Of a DNA stretch of 64,000 bases, positions 52,161 through 64,000 are shown one piece after another (the stretch's first letter is position 1; the number at the start of each line of letters is the position of its first letter). The translations under genes and the position numbers were made by a program. Origin of the DNA: Eledone cirrhosa (lineage: Eukaryota); contig OZ024744.1 of the NCBI GenBank assembly GCA_964016885.1, positions 82,522,001-82,586,000 of the forward strand, read 5' to 3'. The notes under the pieces are model-generated. The model was not told the origin of the DNA. It saw nothing but the letters and a program-made list of their open reading frames with translations, and made no database searches.

Positions 52161-52530
52161 TATATCTAGACACAGTGAAAATATATTGGTTTTCTGTCCA
52201 CGGAGAGATTAGCATCTTATAGCTATTGTTGATACATATAAACTAAGTTTCAGCTAAACCAGGCAGTTTAATATTTATAAAACTTCAGGTGCTGACAACG
52301 TATATTAATTAATGGTGTACTACACAGAGTCTGAGAACATTTGTAAATTCAATTTTAAAGGCATTTCATTTTAATAAACACAGTCTTTCTCACGCTGAAA
52401 AACGTAAACAAATTATCCGACTATAGAATGTAAGGGACTAATATGAGTTTATTGACTTTTAGACAATTTTAAGAGAAGGTAAACCGATATTTTGTCCCCG
52501 AAAGCATAGTAGCTTATAACTATTTATAAT

Positions 52531-52702
52531 AATTGTTTCTACTTTTGGCACAAGGCCAGCAATTACCCAGTGCATTACTGGTACCGTGAGGATGAAAGGC
52601 AAAGTTAACCTCGGCGGGATTTGAACTCAGAATGGCAAGGACCGTAACTCTATGCGTCAAAGTATGGCGTCCGACCCTCTCCCGATACTGCCAATTCACC
52701 GC
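52531..52702 (-). mobile_element. SINE with a 17-bp TSD
   Basis: taactatttataataat at 52517-52533 and 52707-52723. Confidence 0.9.
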
Positions 52703-53092
52703 TCTCTAACTATTTATAATAATGTATACATACTCGGGCTATGATAAATGAGTATATTTAATTCGTATAACAGTGCATACGGTGACAGCACAAGTTAAAT
52801 TAGTTAATAGACGTTGTGTATAAACGCGGATGATGATTATACATTTTGTAGTTATCTCAAAATATTTCTACACCCACCGAATTTAAATAAAAATATAGTA
52901 AAAAAAGCGTTATATTAAAATTATTAGAGAAAAATCGACGCGAAAGTAAGGGGGTATGTTAGATATAGTGCTTAGGGTAATACAAAAGAGACGGGACCAA
53001 ACTATTGCAGATAGGGGCATCTGTGTATTATTAAGGAATGAATGAGTAATACATACATAATAGATACATACACGCAAATACGCGCGCGCGCG

Positions 53093-53208
<116 letters not shown>

Positions 53209-53969
53209 AACACACATACATATATTTACATGTATATATATATATATTTATATAAATTATAATAAGAATGCCTTAAAAATGAAAAAATGAGGACTAACAA
53301 AAATGGAAGTAATATTCTATAGAAGCGATTCCAGTCAAAATAAAGAGATTGTTATGCATTAAGACGGTTTATAATAAGTCAAAAGTTATCGTGATGCATG
53401 TTTGCATAAAAGTAACAGTTCTGATCTCAGATTCTACCCATTGAAATACTGTTGAGAGGTAAGCATTTTGTCATTTGCGTGCAGATAGCATCGGACTCTT
53501 GAGGTTTGCGTCATTTGGTTTCCCAAGAAGATGCTATCGGACTCTTGACGTAAACCTCCATGGTGATACTGTAGCCCATGTTCCACAAATGACTAAGCAA
53601 TATTGTACGTCTAGTCGGTCGTCTTCTTGGGAAACCAAATGTACTTCGACTAATACTTTGAGGGTTACAAAAGGAATATCTATGGTGGCAGATTAGAGAC
53701 TTAAAAATAGCGTAAGTTAGTTCAGCATCAGACTTCGGTGCATAGGTGTCGCTCAAGAGTAATTTAGTGCAGTAAAGAGAACGTTTATGTAGTCACTCTG
53801 CCTACTAGACAAAAGTAGTCAAATCATTTGATAGTCACAGCCTACTTTGTTAGAAAAGAAGGATTCGTTGGATAAAGTAATACATGAAATATGGAAAGGC
53901 GGAATAGTCGAAGCTGTAATACCTTCCATCATTTCTCAGCTCGATCAGAGATGACCCGGTCATAAATAG

Positions 53970-54016
53970 CCTCCTCCTCCTCCTCCTCCTCCTCCTCCTC
54001 CTCCTCCTCCTCCTCC

Positions 54017-54083
<67 letters not shown>

Positions 54084-54134
54084 CATCACCACCATCATCA
54101 TCATCATCATCATCACCATCATCACCATCATCAC

Positions 54135-54170
<36 letters not shown>

Positions 54171-54415
54171 AATCATCGTCATCATCATCATCAGCAGCAG
54201 CAGCATCAGCATCGGCATCATCATCATCATCATCAGTAGCAGCAGCAGAAACAACAGTAGCAACAACGGTAACAACAGCAGCAACAGCAACAGTAGCAAT
54301 AACAACAGCATCAACAGCAGCAACAACAACAACAACAGCGACAAAAGCAACATCATCATCAGCAGCAACAGTAGAAGCAACAGCAGTAAGAACAGCAATT
54401 GCAGCAACAGTAGCA
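53970..54415. repeat. Compound trinucleotide repeat (CCT)n-(CAT)n-(CAG/CAA)n
   Basis: Read directly. Confidence 0.92.
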
Positions 54416-54492
54416 AAAAAAAAAAAACATTTGCAACAACCAAAAGGAAAACGCTTTTTACGAATATGTATTTGTATTATTATAAATATCCG

Positions 54493-54678
54493 TGGCGGTG
54501 GATTGGCAGTATCGGTAGAGGGTCGGACGCCATGCTTTGCGACATAGAGTTACGGCCCTTTACGGACTGAGTTCAAAAAATCCCGCTGAGGTTAACTTTG
54601 CTTTTCATCCTTACGGGGTCGATAAAATAAAGTACCAGTAATTAATTGCTGGCTTTGTGCCAAAAGTAGAAACAATTA
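54493..54678 (+). mobile_element. Full-length SINE
   Basis: Head ggcggtggattggcagtatcggtag (A-box), B-box, core and tail. Confidence 0.88.
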
Positions 54679-55419
54679 CTATATCCATAACAAAACTACT
54701 ATTTAATCAATATTGCTTAAAATATTTCCTTTTATTGATGAATTGAGTGAATACAATCAGGAATATAAATACGATGCCAAGATACACATATATTTTTCAA
54801 GTATTTTCATGAATAATCTTCTCCCACCCGCTCTGTGCTTATCAATTTTTTAGATTTTTTCGAACCCCCCTCTTTTATTCCCCGCTTATTAAATTTTGTT
54901 AATGTTGCCTCTGGCGAAATTTTATTTTAAGTGGTAGCATTCCTGCGACAATTTATCCGTTTTCTTTATACATTAAAAACATTAGACGTGACAAAAAAAA
55001 AGTACATTGATAGAAATTCCATACGTTATAAGATAAATAGGATGCTTGGTGTTTCAATATGTAAACTAAACGACTAATTTTTTTTTTAATTAACAGACAC
55101 AACCTTGAAAAATTACTGATTTCCAACCCCCCTCTGCGCTTATTCCAACTCCTCCGCTTACTCCACAGCCCCTATTATTTGAGATAGCAGAGTATAAATA
55201 CAAACACATGAGGAGGTTGTGGATGAAGATTGTAATCTTTTGCTAGTTTCAGTCATTTGTTGCGAACTGGTTCTAGGCCTCAATATTGCTAGATGATACT
55301 TAATTTATTGATCTGTGTTTTATAGGGTGCCTAAGTTACCTAACTAAAAACACACACAATTTTTTCCCCTTTTAAATCGGTATTCTTTAGTCAAATACAT
55401 AAATACAGATGTGGACATA

Positions 55420-55770
55420 GACTCGTAAATATATAATTGTTCTTACTTTTGGCATAAGGCCAGCAATTATCTCAGTGCATTACTGGTGCTTTATTTTATC
55501 GACCCTGTAAGGATAAAAAGGCAAAGTTAACCTCGGCGGGATTTGAACTCAGACCATAAAGGGACGTAACTCTTTGCTGCAAAGCATGGCGTCCGACCCT
55601 CTACCAATACTGCCAATCCACCGACTCGTAAATATATAATTGTTTCTACTTTTGGCACAAGACCAGCAATTACCCAGTACATTACTGGTACTTTATTTTA
55701 TCGACCCCGTAAGGATGAAAGGCAAAGTTAACCTCGGCGGGATTTGAACTCAGACTCGTAAATATGTAAT
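55420..55770 (-). mobile_element. Two SINEs separated and flanked by three copies of an 18-bp target site
   Basis: gactcgtaaatat(a/g)taat at 55420, 55623 and 55753. Confidence 0.9.
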
Positions 55771-56215
55771 GAATACTGATACTCTTTATATAGACGAACT
55801 TGTACTCAGAAGGTTTTGAACAACACCAGGTTATAGTAGAAGGCAAAGTAAAAACTGTCGAAGAGGACACGCGATGGAACCCAATATGAAATCATCTGAT
55901 TTCGAACCGAATGTTTGAACAAAAGGCCACTATACGTATGAAAATATACACGGGTATATATACACAGATTACGTACGTTTTAACATACGTATATTTTATA
56001 TATGACAATAGTTATAGTTTTAACATACGTATAGTTTATATATGACAAAGAGCGGAAGAACTCATAAGAGTCAACGGCCATCCAAAAATGTGTAAATATG
56101 TATATACACATGTACATATGTATGTGTATGTATATGCGTGTGTATATGCCTGGGGTGTCAGGGAGGGGCATGTAACTTTATGTGTGTATGTGTGTGTGTG
56201 TGGGGGGGGGGTAGC

Positions 56216-59170
56216 CATGCCTTTTTCAGGACAGCTCGTCCTGCATTGGGTCCCACCTGACACTCAGTTCTCACCTGTGGCCCCAAGAAGCTGTAGCATG
56301 CGACAGCGACCACACCCCCGTAAACCGCCTTGGCTGGCGGGCCGAACCAGGTTGAGGGTAGCCGGACGGGTCTGAAACGCCCCGGTGAGTTAGATAGTGC
56401 CTACCCCTTTATGCGAAGACACGGCGGAGTGAGTGAAGGAGGACAAAATCGTCCCAACAGTCACGAAGGCGGCGACAGAAAATGGTGTGGGGCACTAGGG
56501 CACGGTAAGGCACACTACAGACTTCGTGGCCATCCACTGCAGCCAAGGAAGTCTCTGGTCGTGATGGTCCTCCGTACAACCGGATTCTGGCTTCTGCGGC
56601 CGAGTGAGTGGGACCGTCACTGTGCACTGGCCCTCCCACTATAAACCTTTCCCGCACAGGTTTCTTCTTTAGCGTGCACACCCAAAGCCCTGCGGCGATG
56701 GGCGAGAGGCGGAGGTAACAGGTGGAGGTAACCGCTTGGAGTTGCCAGTCTCAAACGTGCACGTGGGCAAGACTCCGAATGTCTGTAGGCCAGCTTTCGA
56801 CGTCGCACGATCAAGCAGCCAGAGCATCGTGATGCGTTCGAGGAAGACCTGGACGGCCGGCTGACTGCCCATGGACCACTGACCGGACCCCAACTCAACA
56901 GTGGGACCAGTTCAGGTCGCTGGTGACAGAGTCAGCCAAGTTAACCATCGGGCCGAGGAAGAGAGTCCACCAGACCTGGTTTGATGAAAACGATGAACGC
57001 ATCAGACAACTCCTGGACGAGCAGAGGAGGGCTTTCATTGAGTGGCAGAAAGACAGTTCTTCCAGCTCGAAGCGCGACTGCTTCAAGCACCTCTAGATGC
57101 AGACCCAAGCAGCGCTACGCAGAATGCAGGACGAGTGGTGGGAGAAGAAGGCCGAAGAAGTCGAGAGATACGCTTACACAAAGAACTCCAATATGATCTT
57201 CAGCGCCATCGGGGTCGTCTACGGACTCCTCAAGCCTGTCACCACACCGCTCCTGTCTGCTGACGGATCGACCCTGCTGAAAGAGAAGAGCAGCATCAAC
57301 TCGAGGTGGAGAGAACACTTCAGCAACCTGCTCAACAGGCCCTCCACTGTCGACCCTGCCGCCCTCGACCAGGTCCCACAGAAGCCCGTAGTCGGCAGCC
57401 TCGACCTCCCCCCTCCTACGTTGGATTAAGTCACGAAGGCAATCAACCAGACCAGCCCAGGAAAGGCCTCTGGGAAGGACGGGATTGCTGCCGAGACATT
57501 CATGTTGGCCGGTCCAGCTGCCCTGGGGGACTTCCACACCCTCCCCGTCAGCATATGGGAGGAAGAAGAGGTGCCCAAAGACTTCAGGGATGCCACAGTT
57601 GTCTCGCTTTTTAAGAACAAAGGAAGCAAAACTGACTGTGGCAACTATCGGGGCATCTCTCTCCTGTCTATCACTGGGAAGGTCCTGGCTCGGTTCATGC
57701 TCAACCGCCTCATCGACAACATCTCGGGGGACAACCTGCCTGAGATCCATTGTGGGTTCCGTCCAAACCACAGCACGATCGACATAGGAGAAGTGTGTCG
57801 AGCAGAACATGGAACTCTTTGCCGTCTTCTTAGACAAAGGCCTTCGACTCTGTCAACGGGGAGGCCCTCTGGTCTATCCTGTCGAAGTTTGGATGCCCGA
57901 CCAAGTTCGTGAACCTGATACGGCAACTCTATGACGACATGAGCGGGAAGGTACGCTCAGGCGGAGAGGCATCGGAGCCGTTCAAAATCACCAACGGCGT
58001 CAAGCAAGGATGCGTGCTGGCTCCCATCCTCTTCAGCCTGTTCTTCACTTGCGTGCTCAATCATGCCGCAGGGACCTCGAGCATAGAGTGTATCTGCGAT
58101 ACAGACTGGACGGCTCCCTGTTTGACTTGCGGCGCCTGACGACCAAGACAAGGATCGTTCAGAGGATCGTCTAGGAGGCACTTTTTGCTGACGACTGTGC
58201 CCTAATGGCCTACAGGGAGTCTGACCTCCAAGTCATCGTCAACAAGTTCGCGGAGGCCTCCTGCCTCTTCGGTTTCACTATTAGCCTTGGCAGGACTGAG
58301 GTCCTGTTCCAGCCTGCACCTGCCTCTGTCGCCCACCCTCCTTCCATATCCATCGGAGGCACCCAGCTAAAGACGGTAGACGACTTCAAGTACCTAGGCA
58401 GTGTCATCAGCAGCGATGGAAGCCTCGACAAGGAGATAAACGCCAGGATTTGCAAGGTCAATCAAGCCCTCGGCCGCCTGAGAACACGCGTCCTGAATCA
58501 GGCAGTCCACCAAGCTCAAGGTGTACAGGGCCGTTGTTCTCACCAGCCTCCTCTACGGTTGTGAGACACGGACCCTGTACAGAAGGCACCTGAAGCAGCT
58601 GGAACGGTTCCATCTGCGCAGCCTGCGGTCAATCATGAACATCAAAGGGCAGGACAAGGTCTCCAACCTCGAAATTCTTGACATGGCTGAGACAACGGGT
58701 GTCGAAGCTATGATACTGAAGAGCCAACTTCGATGGGTGGGACATGTCATCCGGATGGGCGGTCACAGGCTTCCGAAGCAACTGATGTATGGGGAACTCT
58801 GTTCGGGGAAACGAAAGCGGAGCAGGCCACTCAAGAGTTTCAAAGATTGTGTGAAGTCCAGCATCAACAACACTGGAATCGCCCCAAAACAACTCGAGTC
58901 CCATGCTCAGGACAGGACTGAGTGGCGAGCCCTTACCAGACGCGCCAAAGAATCTTTTGAAGAGAAGAGAGGGGCAGAGGTCACTGAAGCCGGTGAAAGG
59001 AGGAGAAAGGCATCAACAGCTGCCCCAAGCGATTCCGGTCTCTTCCCCTGCCCCCACTGTCCACGGACCTGCAAGTCAAGGATCGGCCTCCACAGCCACC
59101 TTCGCGCACACGGCAGACGGGAACAACAATGAAGATGTCATCATTGTTTACGATGGACAACCAAGAAGAG
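56216..59170 (+). mobile_element. RTE-clade LINE with 5' UTR and 3' end retained, endonuclease deleted, RT frameshifted
   Basis: WFDEND, NYRGISLLS, GVKQGCVLAP, LFADD, FKYLGS, LRWVGHV, CPHCPRTCKSRIGLHSHLRAH; 3' end gtcatcattg..cgatggacaaccaagaag. Confidence 0.93.
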
Positions 59171-59224
59171 TTTATATAGTTATGTATGTCAACTGGTATA
59201 TATATATATATATATATATATATA

Positions 59225-59890
59225 ACTTCGATAACTTTGATAGGTTTCGGCCAGTAGAGAGTCATTATTTACAGAGTCATATCCGGGTGTAGGAGGTTTA
59301 TCCAGGATTTCTTGAAGGAATTTGTCCAAAGACTTCTTGAACTTTATGGGGTCTTTTTCTGTTTTAATGTGTTTTGGTGTAAAGTTAAAGAGAGCGGGGC
59401 CACATGCAGATGATGTAACGCACACGCCGGCGTTGGAGAGAATATAGTTGACTCCAATAATTGATGACCTTCTGGAGCTTGGAATCAACTGCAAAGATTC
59501 TTATGTTGCCGTGCTTGATGATGTCAGTAATGTTATTAATATAGATAATTGTTTCTACTAGTGGCACAAGGCCAGCAATTATTCCAGTACATTACTGGTA
59601 CCTTATTTTATCGACCCCGTAAGGATGAAAGGCTAAGTTAACCTCGGCGGGATTTGAACTCAGAATGGCAAGGGCCGTAACTCTATGCGTCAAAGCATGG
59701 CGTCCGACCCTCTACCGATACTGCCAATTCACCGCCCTAATTATTAATATAGATAATGGAAAGAAGTGGACCCAACACAGTGCCTTGCGGAACACCAGTA
59801 CTGACTTTGGCTGAGCTTGATTTTACTCCTTCGACTACAACACATTGGGCTGTCGTTCAAGAAACACTTGAACCATTGTAGTAACTTTCC
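59225..59890 (-). pseudogene. CR1/L2-group LINE remnant interrupted by a SINE (59547-59737, 17-bp TSD)
   Basis: GVPQGTVLGPLL, IRIFAVDSKL, LYSLQRRRVRY, FKKSLDKFL; TSD ttattaatatagataat at 59533-59549 and 59741-59757. Confidence 0.82.
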
Positions 59891-60065
59891 ATATATATTT
59901 TTAATATATAATTTGGTCGTGGTAATCTCCATTCATCCGCTCTAAGTTGAATATGTGTAACTGTATGTGTGTATATATACTATATATACGTGTAGGTATC
60001 ACGTGTGCATGTATATATGTGTATATATGTTTATATGTGTGTACATCTATATCTCTCTATGTATA

Positions 60066-60082
<17 letters not shown>

Positions 60083-60108
<26 letters not shown>

Positions 60109-60202
60109 CTTAAAAAAAATTATTTTATAAATTAAGTTGTTGGTAACCAACAACTTAATTTATAAAATAATTTTTTTTAAGAAAAAAGAAAAAAAAAAAA
60201 AA
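60083..60202. repeat. Near-perfect palindrome centred at 60145
   Basis: ...ttttataaattaagttgttggt a accaacaacttaatttataaaa... Confidence 0.85.
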
Positions 60203-60335
60203 ATTTTTTCTAATCCGGAAAAAAATTCTTTTTGGATTTTGTGAAGAAAATAAATTTGTTGAAAGCACAAGTGAAGCCATTTTTTCTTCCCCCCTGTCTT
60301 AATATACCTAACTGTACCAAGGATTACACATATTT

Positions 60336-60366
<31 letters not shown>

Positions 60367-60579
60367 ACGAAGGAAATGTGGTAAGGAACCCGGTGGACCA
60401 TAACGCACCAAAGTACTCAATACTTAGGGTAGTAGAGTGGGTAATAGTCCAGAACTAGCCGTTGAAACGGCTTGACCTCAGCCGTCGGTGTCCTACTCGT
60501 TCCTATATATATCTATATATATATATTAATATATATATATGTATGTTGGTATGAATAAACATGTTTTGTATCTATATAG

Positions 60580-60735
60580 TGACGCTGGTGAACTGGCAAA
60601 ATCGTTTGAACGTCGGATAGATTGCTCCGTGGTATTCTTTCTGGCTTTCTGCTCTCTCTGAGTTCAAATCCCGCCGAGGTAAACTTTGCCTTTCATATTT
60701 TCGGGGACGATCAAAAGAGTACCAGTTCAGTATTG
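60580..60735 (+). mobile_element. Older, diverged SINE of a related family
   Basis: ctgagttcaaatcccgccgagg..ctttgcctttcat core. Confidence 0.75.
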
Positions 60736-61040
60736 AGGTTGATTCTTCATCTGTATCTCTTTGTCACTTCCTCTCTCTCACTTTCTATACTTCTCTGAAG
60801 AAATGTGCTTTATTCAGAACTGGAGCGGGTTGGGCTTCGGTAGGTTTAAAATGCCCTAGAAACGCCATTACAACGCTCCATATCACTCACTCGGGAGTTA
60901 CAGGACCATACCATACCATCTATATAGTACATTTCTTCTCTATTAAATTTGCTTGGAACTATGTCCTATACTCGTTTCGAAATCTTAAAAAAATATTTAA
61001 TTATTCGTATTATTTAAAAAAACCTTATTATTTAAAAAAG

Positions 61041-61228
61041 GACGGTGGATTGGCAGTATTGGTAGAGGGTCGGACGCCATGCTTTCCAGCATAGTTACGT
61101 CCCTTTACGACCTGAGTTCAAATCCCGCCGAGGTTGACTTTGCCTTTCATCCTTACGGGGTCGATAAAATAAAGTACCAGTAATGCACTGGCGAATTGCT
61201 GGCCTTGTGCCTAACGTAGAAACAATTA
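61041..61228 (+). mobile_element. SINE with TSD attatttaaaaaaacct
   Basis: Repeat at about 61009-61025 and 61225-61241, plus a partial extra copy at the 5' junction. Confidence 0.88.
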
Positions 61229-61823
61229 TTTAAAAAAACCTATAATTATTCCAGATATTTCAAACGCGTAGGTCAGTTAAAGAATAATACATCGATCGTC
61301 CGTTTTGTTTTGGAGTTTCAGTTCCGCGTTTGAAATATCATGTCGAAATACACTAGGTAAAATATTATTTTGTTTTGTTTTATTTGTAATCATTTCTAGC
61401 GCATTGTATCGTGTTTTTTTTTGTTTTGTTTTTTAATGATCAATCTTTTATTATAATGATTTGATTTTTTACCTTAATGCAATAATTTACCTAGATTAAT
61501 TCCTTCATATACTTCCATATCAAATATTTTTATAATTTTCATTATTTCAAATAATCAAAAGCGTTTCTTGCATGTCATAAAAACATCACTGTTTATATTT
61601 TCAGTAAATATCTAGTCCTTCGTAGAAAAAACAAGATTTCTTTTTAGTATTTGCTAATTAGCCGGTCATTGTATAATCCATTATATTCTTTCTTAGTATG
61701 TATACTTTTTCTATGTTTTTAATAAAGTGCAATAAATTAGTTAAATAACTTGTATTGAAACATTTGTAAAGCTATTAAAAGATCTTAAAAATGTATTCTA
61801 TCATTTTAGTTTGTTATATATAA

Positions 61824-61868
<45 letters not shown>

Positions 61869-61869
61869 T

Positions 61870-61904
<35 letters not shown>

Positions 61905-62205
61905 CACACATATATATACGTGTGTGTGTGTGCGTGTGCGTGTGCCTGTGTGTCTGTGCGTTTGTGTGTGTGTGTCCGTATATATATATATATATATATT
62001 ATATATGCATATAGATATGTTTGTATATGTGTTAAATATATTTACACTCAGGCGTAAATGATAATAAAATTACTCACATATGTATAATAAAAATCTACAT
62101 ACATACGCTATATATATATATATATATATATATACATTGATATAAAAACAATTCATACAAATATTATGTATAAATACAAATGTGAATAGATGTAAATACA
62201 AGAAA

Positions 62206-62276
<71 letters not shown>

Positions 62277-62334
62277 TCTGTGTGTTTGTGCATGTGTATT
62301 TGTTTGTGTGCGTGTTTGAGAATATATATATATA

Positions 62335-62444
<110 letters not shown>

Positions 62445-63055
62445 GCTCGTGTTTATAACCGTACATACAAATCTACATGTATGAATGCTTAAACACACAC
62501 AATCACACACATCCCCCCCCCCCTCACACACACACACACACACACAATACACACACTCACTCAGATACCCTACTCATACCGGTACACATACACATGCAAT
62601 CTATTCAGATATATTTTCGTTGGCTTTCCCGTTGAACGGTTTTCTCTTGTATATAATTTTTTTTTTAGAAAATCTATTTTTCTCCCATTTTTTTTTTCAT
62701 TATTTAATTCACGTTTTTACTTTTTTGTACCTCGACTCTTTTTTATTTATTTATTTATTTATTTATATTTATTTATTTTTGTATTTATCTATTTAATCAT
62801 ATGCATACTGTTATTTTTTCATTCTACCATTTCCCTACCCTTTTTCTTTTCTTTAAAAAAATTTTTAATGTAATATTTTTTTTTTCAATTTATATATATA
62901 TATTTTTTCAAATTGAAGTTGTAAATACTGCTTACGGGTTTCGAAGGAACTTTTGATCTTTTGGATTCCTGAAATTCTTTGATTTCTCTAACTTCACTTC
63001 ACTCTTTATTATATTTTTCCCGACACTTGCTTTTCATTTATATGTATATGTATAT

Positions 63056-63169
<114 letters not shown>

Positions 63170-63507
63170 ATGAATATATATACATGTGTGTGTAAATATG
63201 TATGTATATATGAATATATATATACATGTTTATATATATATATATATTGGTTTGTTTACTTTTCAGTTCTGATTTTTTTTTTTGCCTTTAGTTATTCACC
63301 ATCAAATGTTACATGGATATTTACAAATCTATATAGCAGCTCACAGAATTCTAAAATAATATAGAAATAGCAATAATGTTTAAAACCTTTCAACTTTGTT
63401 TCAAGTATCACCCATACTGGATGAAATAATATATATACAGATATGTATATGTGTGTATATATATGTGTGTGTGTGTGTGTACAAATATATACATATATAT
63501 ATATGTA

Positions 63508-63547
<40 letters not shown>

Positions 63548-63654
63548 CATACATATATATATATGTAAACATATATACATGTATATGTACTTATATATAT
63601 ATATATCAATACAAGTTTATTCCACTTTCGTTCAACTACAACAATAACAATGAC

Positions 63655-63718
<64 letters not shown>

Positions 63719-64000
63719 TACTGATAATCATGATAATATAACAATTTTCTTTGGTTGATGTTTCATTTTTGTTCTTTGCCAATTGTTTGCAAAGTTTATC
63801 GTGTTGATAGAAAATACACGTTCATATTTTATGTTTTGTAGGTTTTCTATGTTTGTGTATATGCATGTAAGTTTATATACACAAGCATTCCTACATGCAT
63901 ATATGCATACATTCATACGAAAATGTACATGTTTATATAAGTAAAGTAAATGTATGTATGTATGTATGTATGTATGTATGTATGTATGTATGTATGTATG

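Noticed and set aside
53850-54443. 197-aa Leu/Met/Arg ORF, or a poly-Q/poly-H exon on the plus strand
   Set aside because: Pure compound trinucleotide repeat with no unique coding flank or clear splice context
54740-55195. Possible Tc1/mariner-type MITE with repeated cccc...cttatt motifs
   Set aside because: Only one plausible terminus found; TIR pair and TSD could not be established
60083-60300. Perfect palindrome as a functional cruciform or element
   Set aside because: Flanked by homopolymer-rich, noisy-looking sequence; it could be a fold-back read or assembly artefact and needs raw reads

Overview
AT-rich, microsatellite-dense animal genomic DNA with no recognisable host gene. The SINE families resemble octopus SINEs as I recall them, so an octopod cephalopod host is likely (unverified). 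The window is a pile-up of mobile elements. (1) A family of Tx1/L1-group non-LTR retrotransposons with (ATT)n tails: one full-length copy with both ORFs open (18124-24152), two decayed copies, two 5'-truncated tandem copies, and a relative sitting in (ATCT)n. (2) About 20 tRNA-derived SINEs whose TSDs start with ATTAT and whose 3' ends resemble the Tx1 3' end. (3) Penelope-like elements and short non-autonomous fold-back derivatives, carrying roughly 18 intact or decayed hammerhead ribozyme motifs in several sequence families. (4) Two RTE elements, remnants of R4-, HERO- and CR1-like LINEs, a Helitron remnant, a hAT MITE and a variant initiator tRNA-Met. The most interesting observations are: a conserved GTAAGT splice donor at the Tx1 ORF1 end whose use would fuse ORF1 in frame to ORF2; ORF1 module swapping between Tx1 lineages; an ATT-targeting LINE/SINE partnership that builds co-oriented chains; a chimeric tandem duplication; and the hammerhead-bearing palindromes. 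Most short ORFs in the supplied track are microsatellite or antisense artefacts. Many boundaries are approximate.
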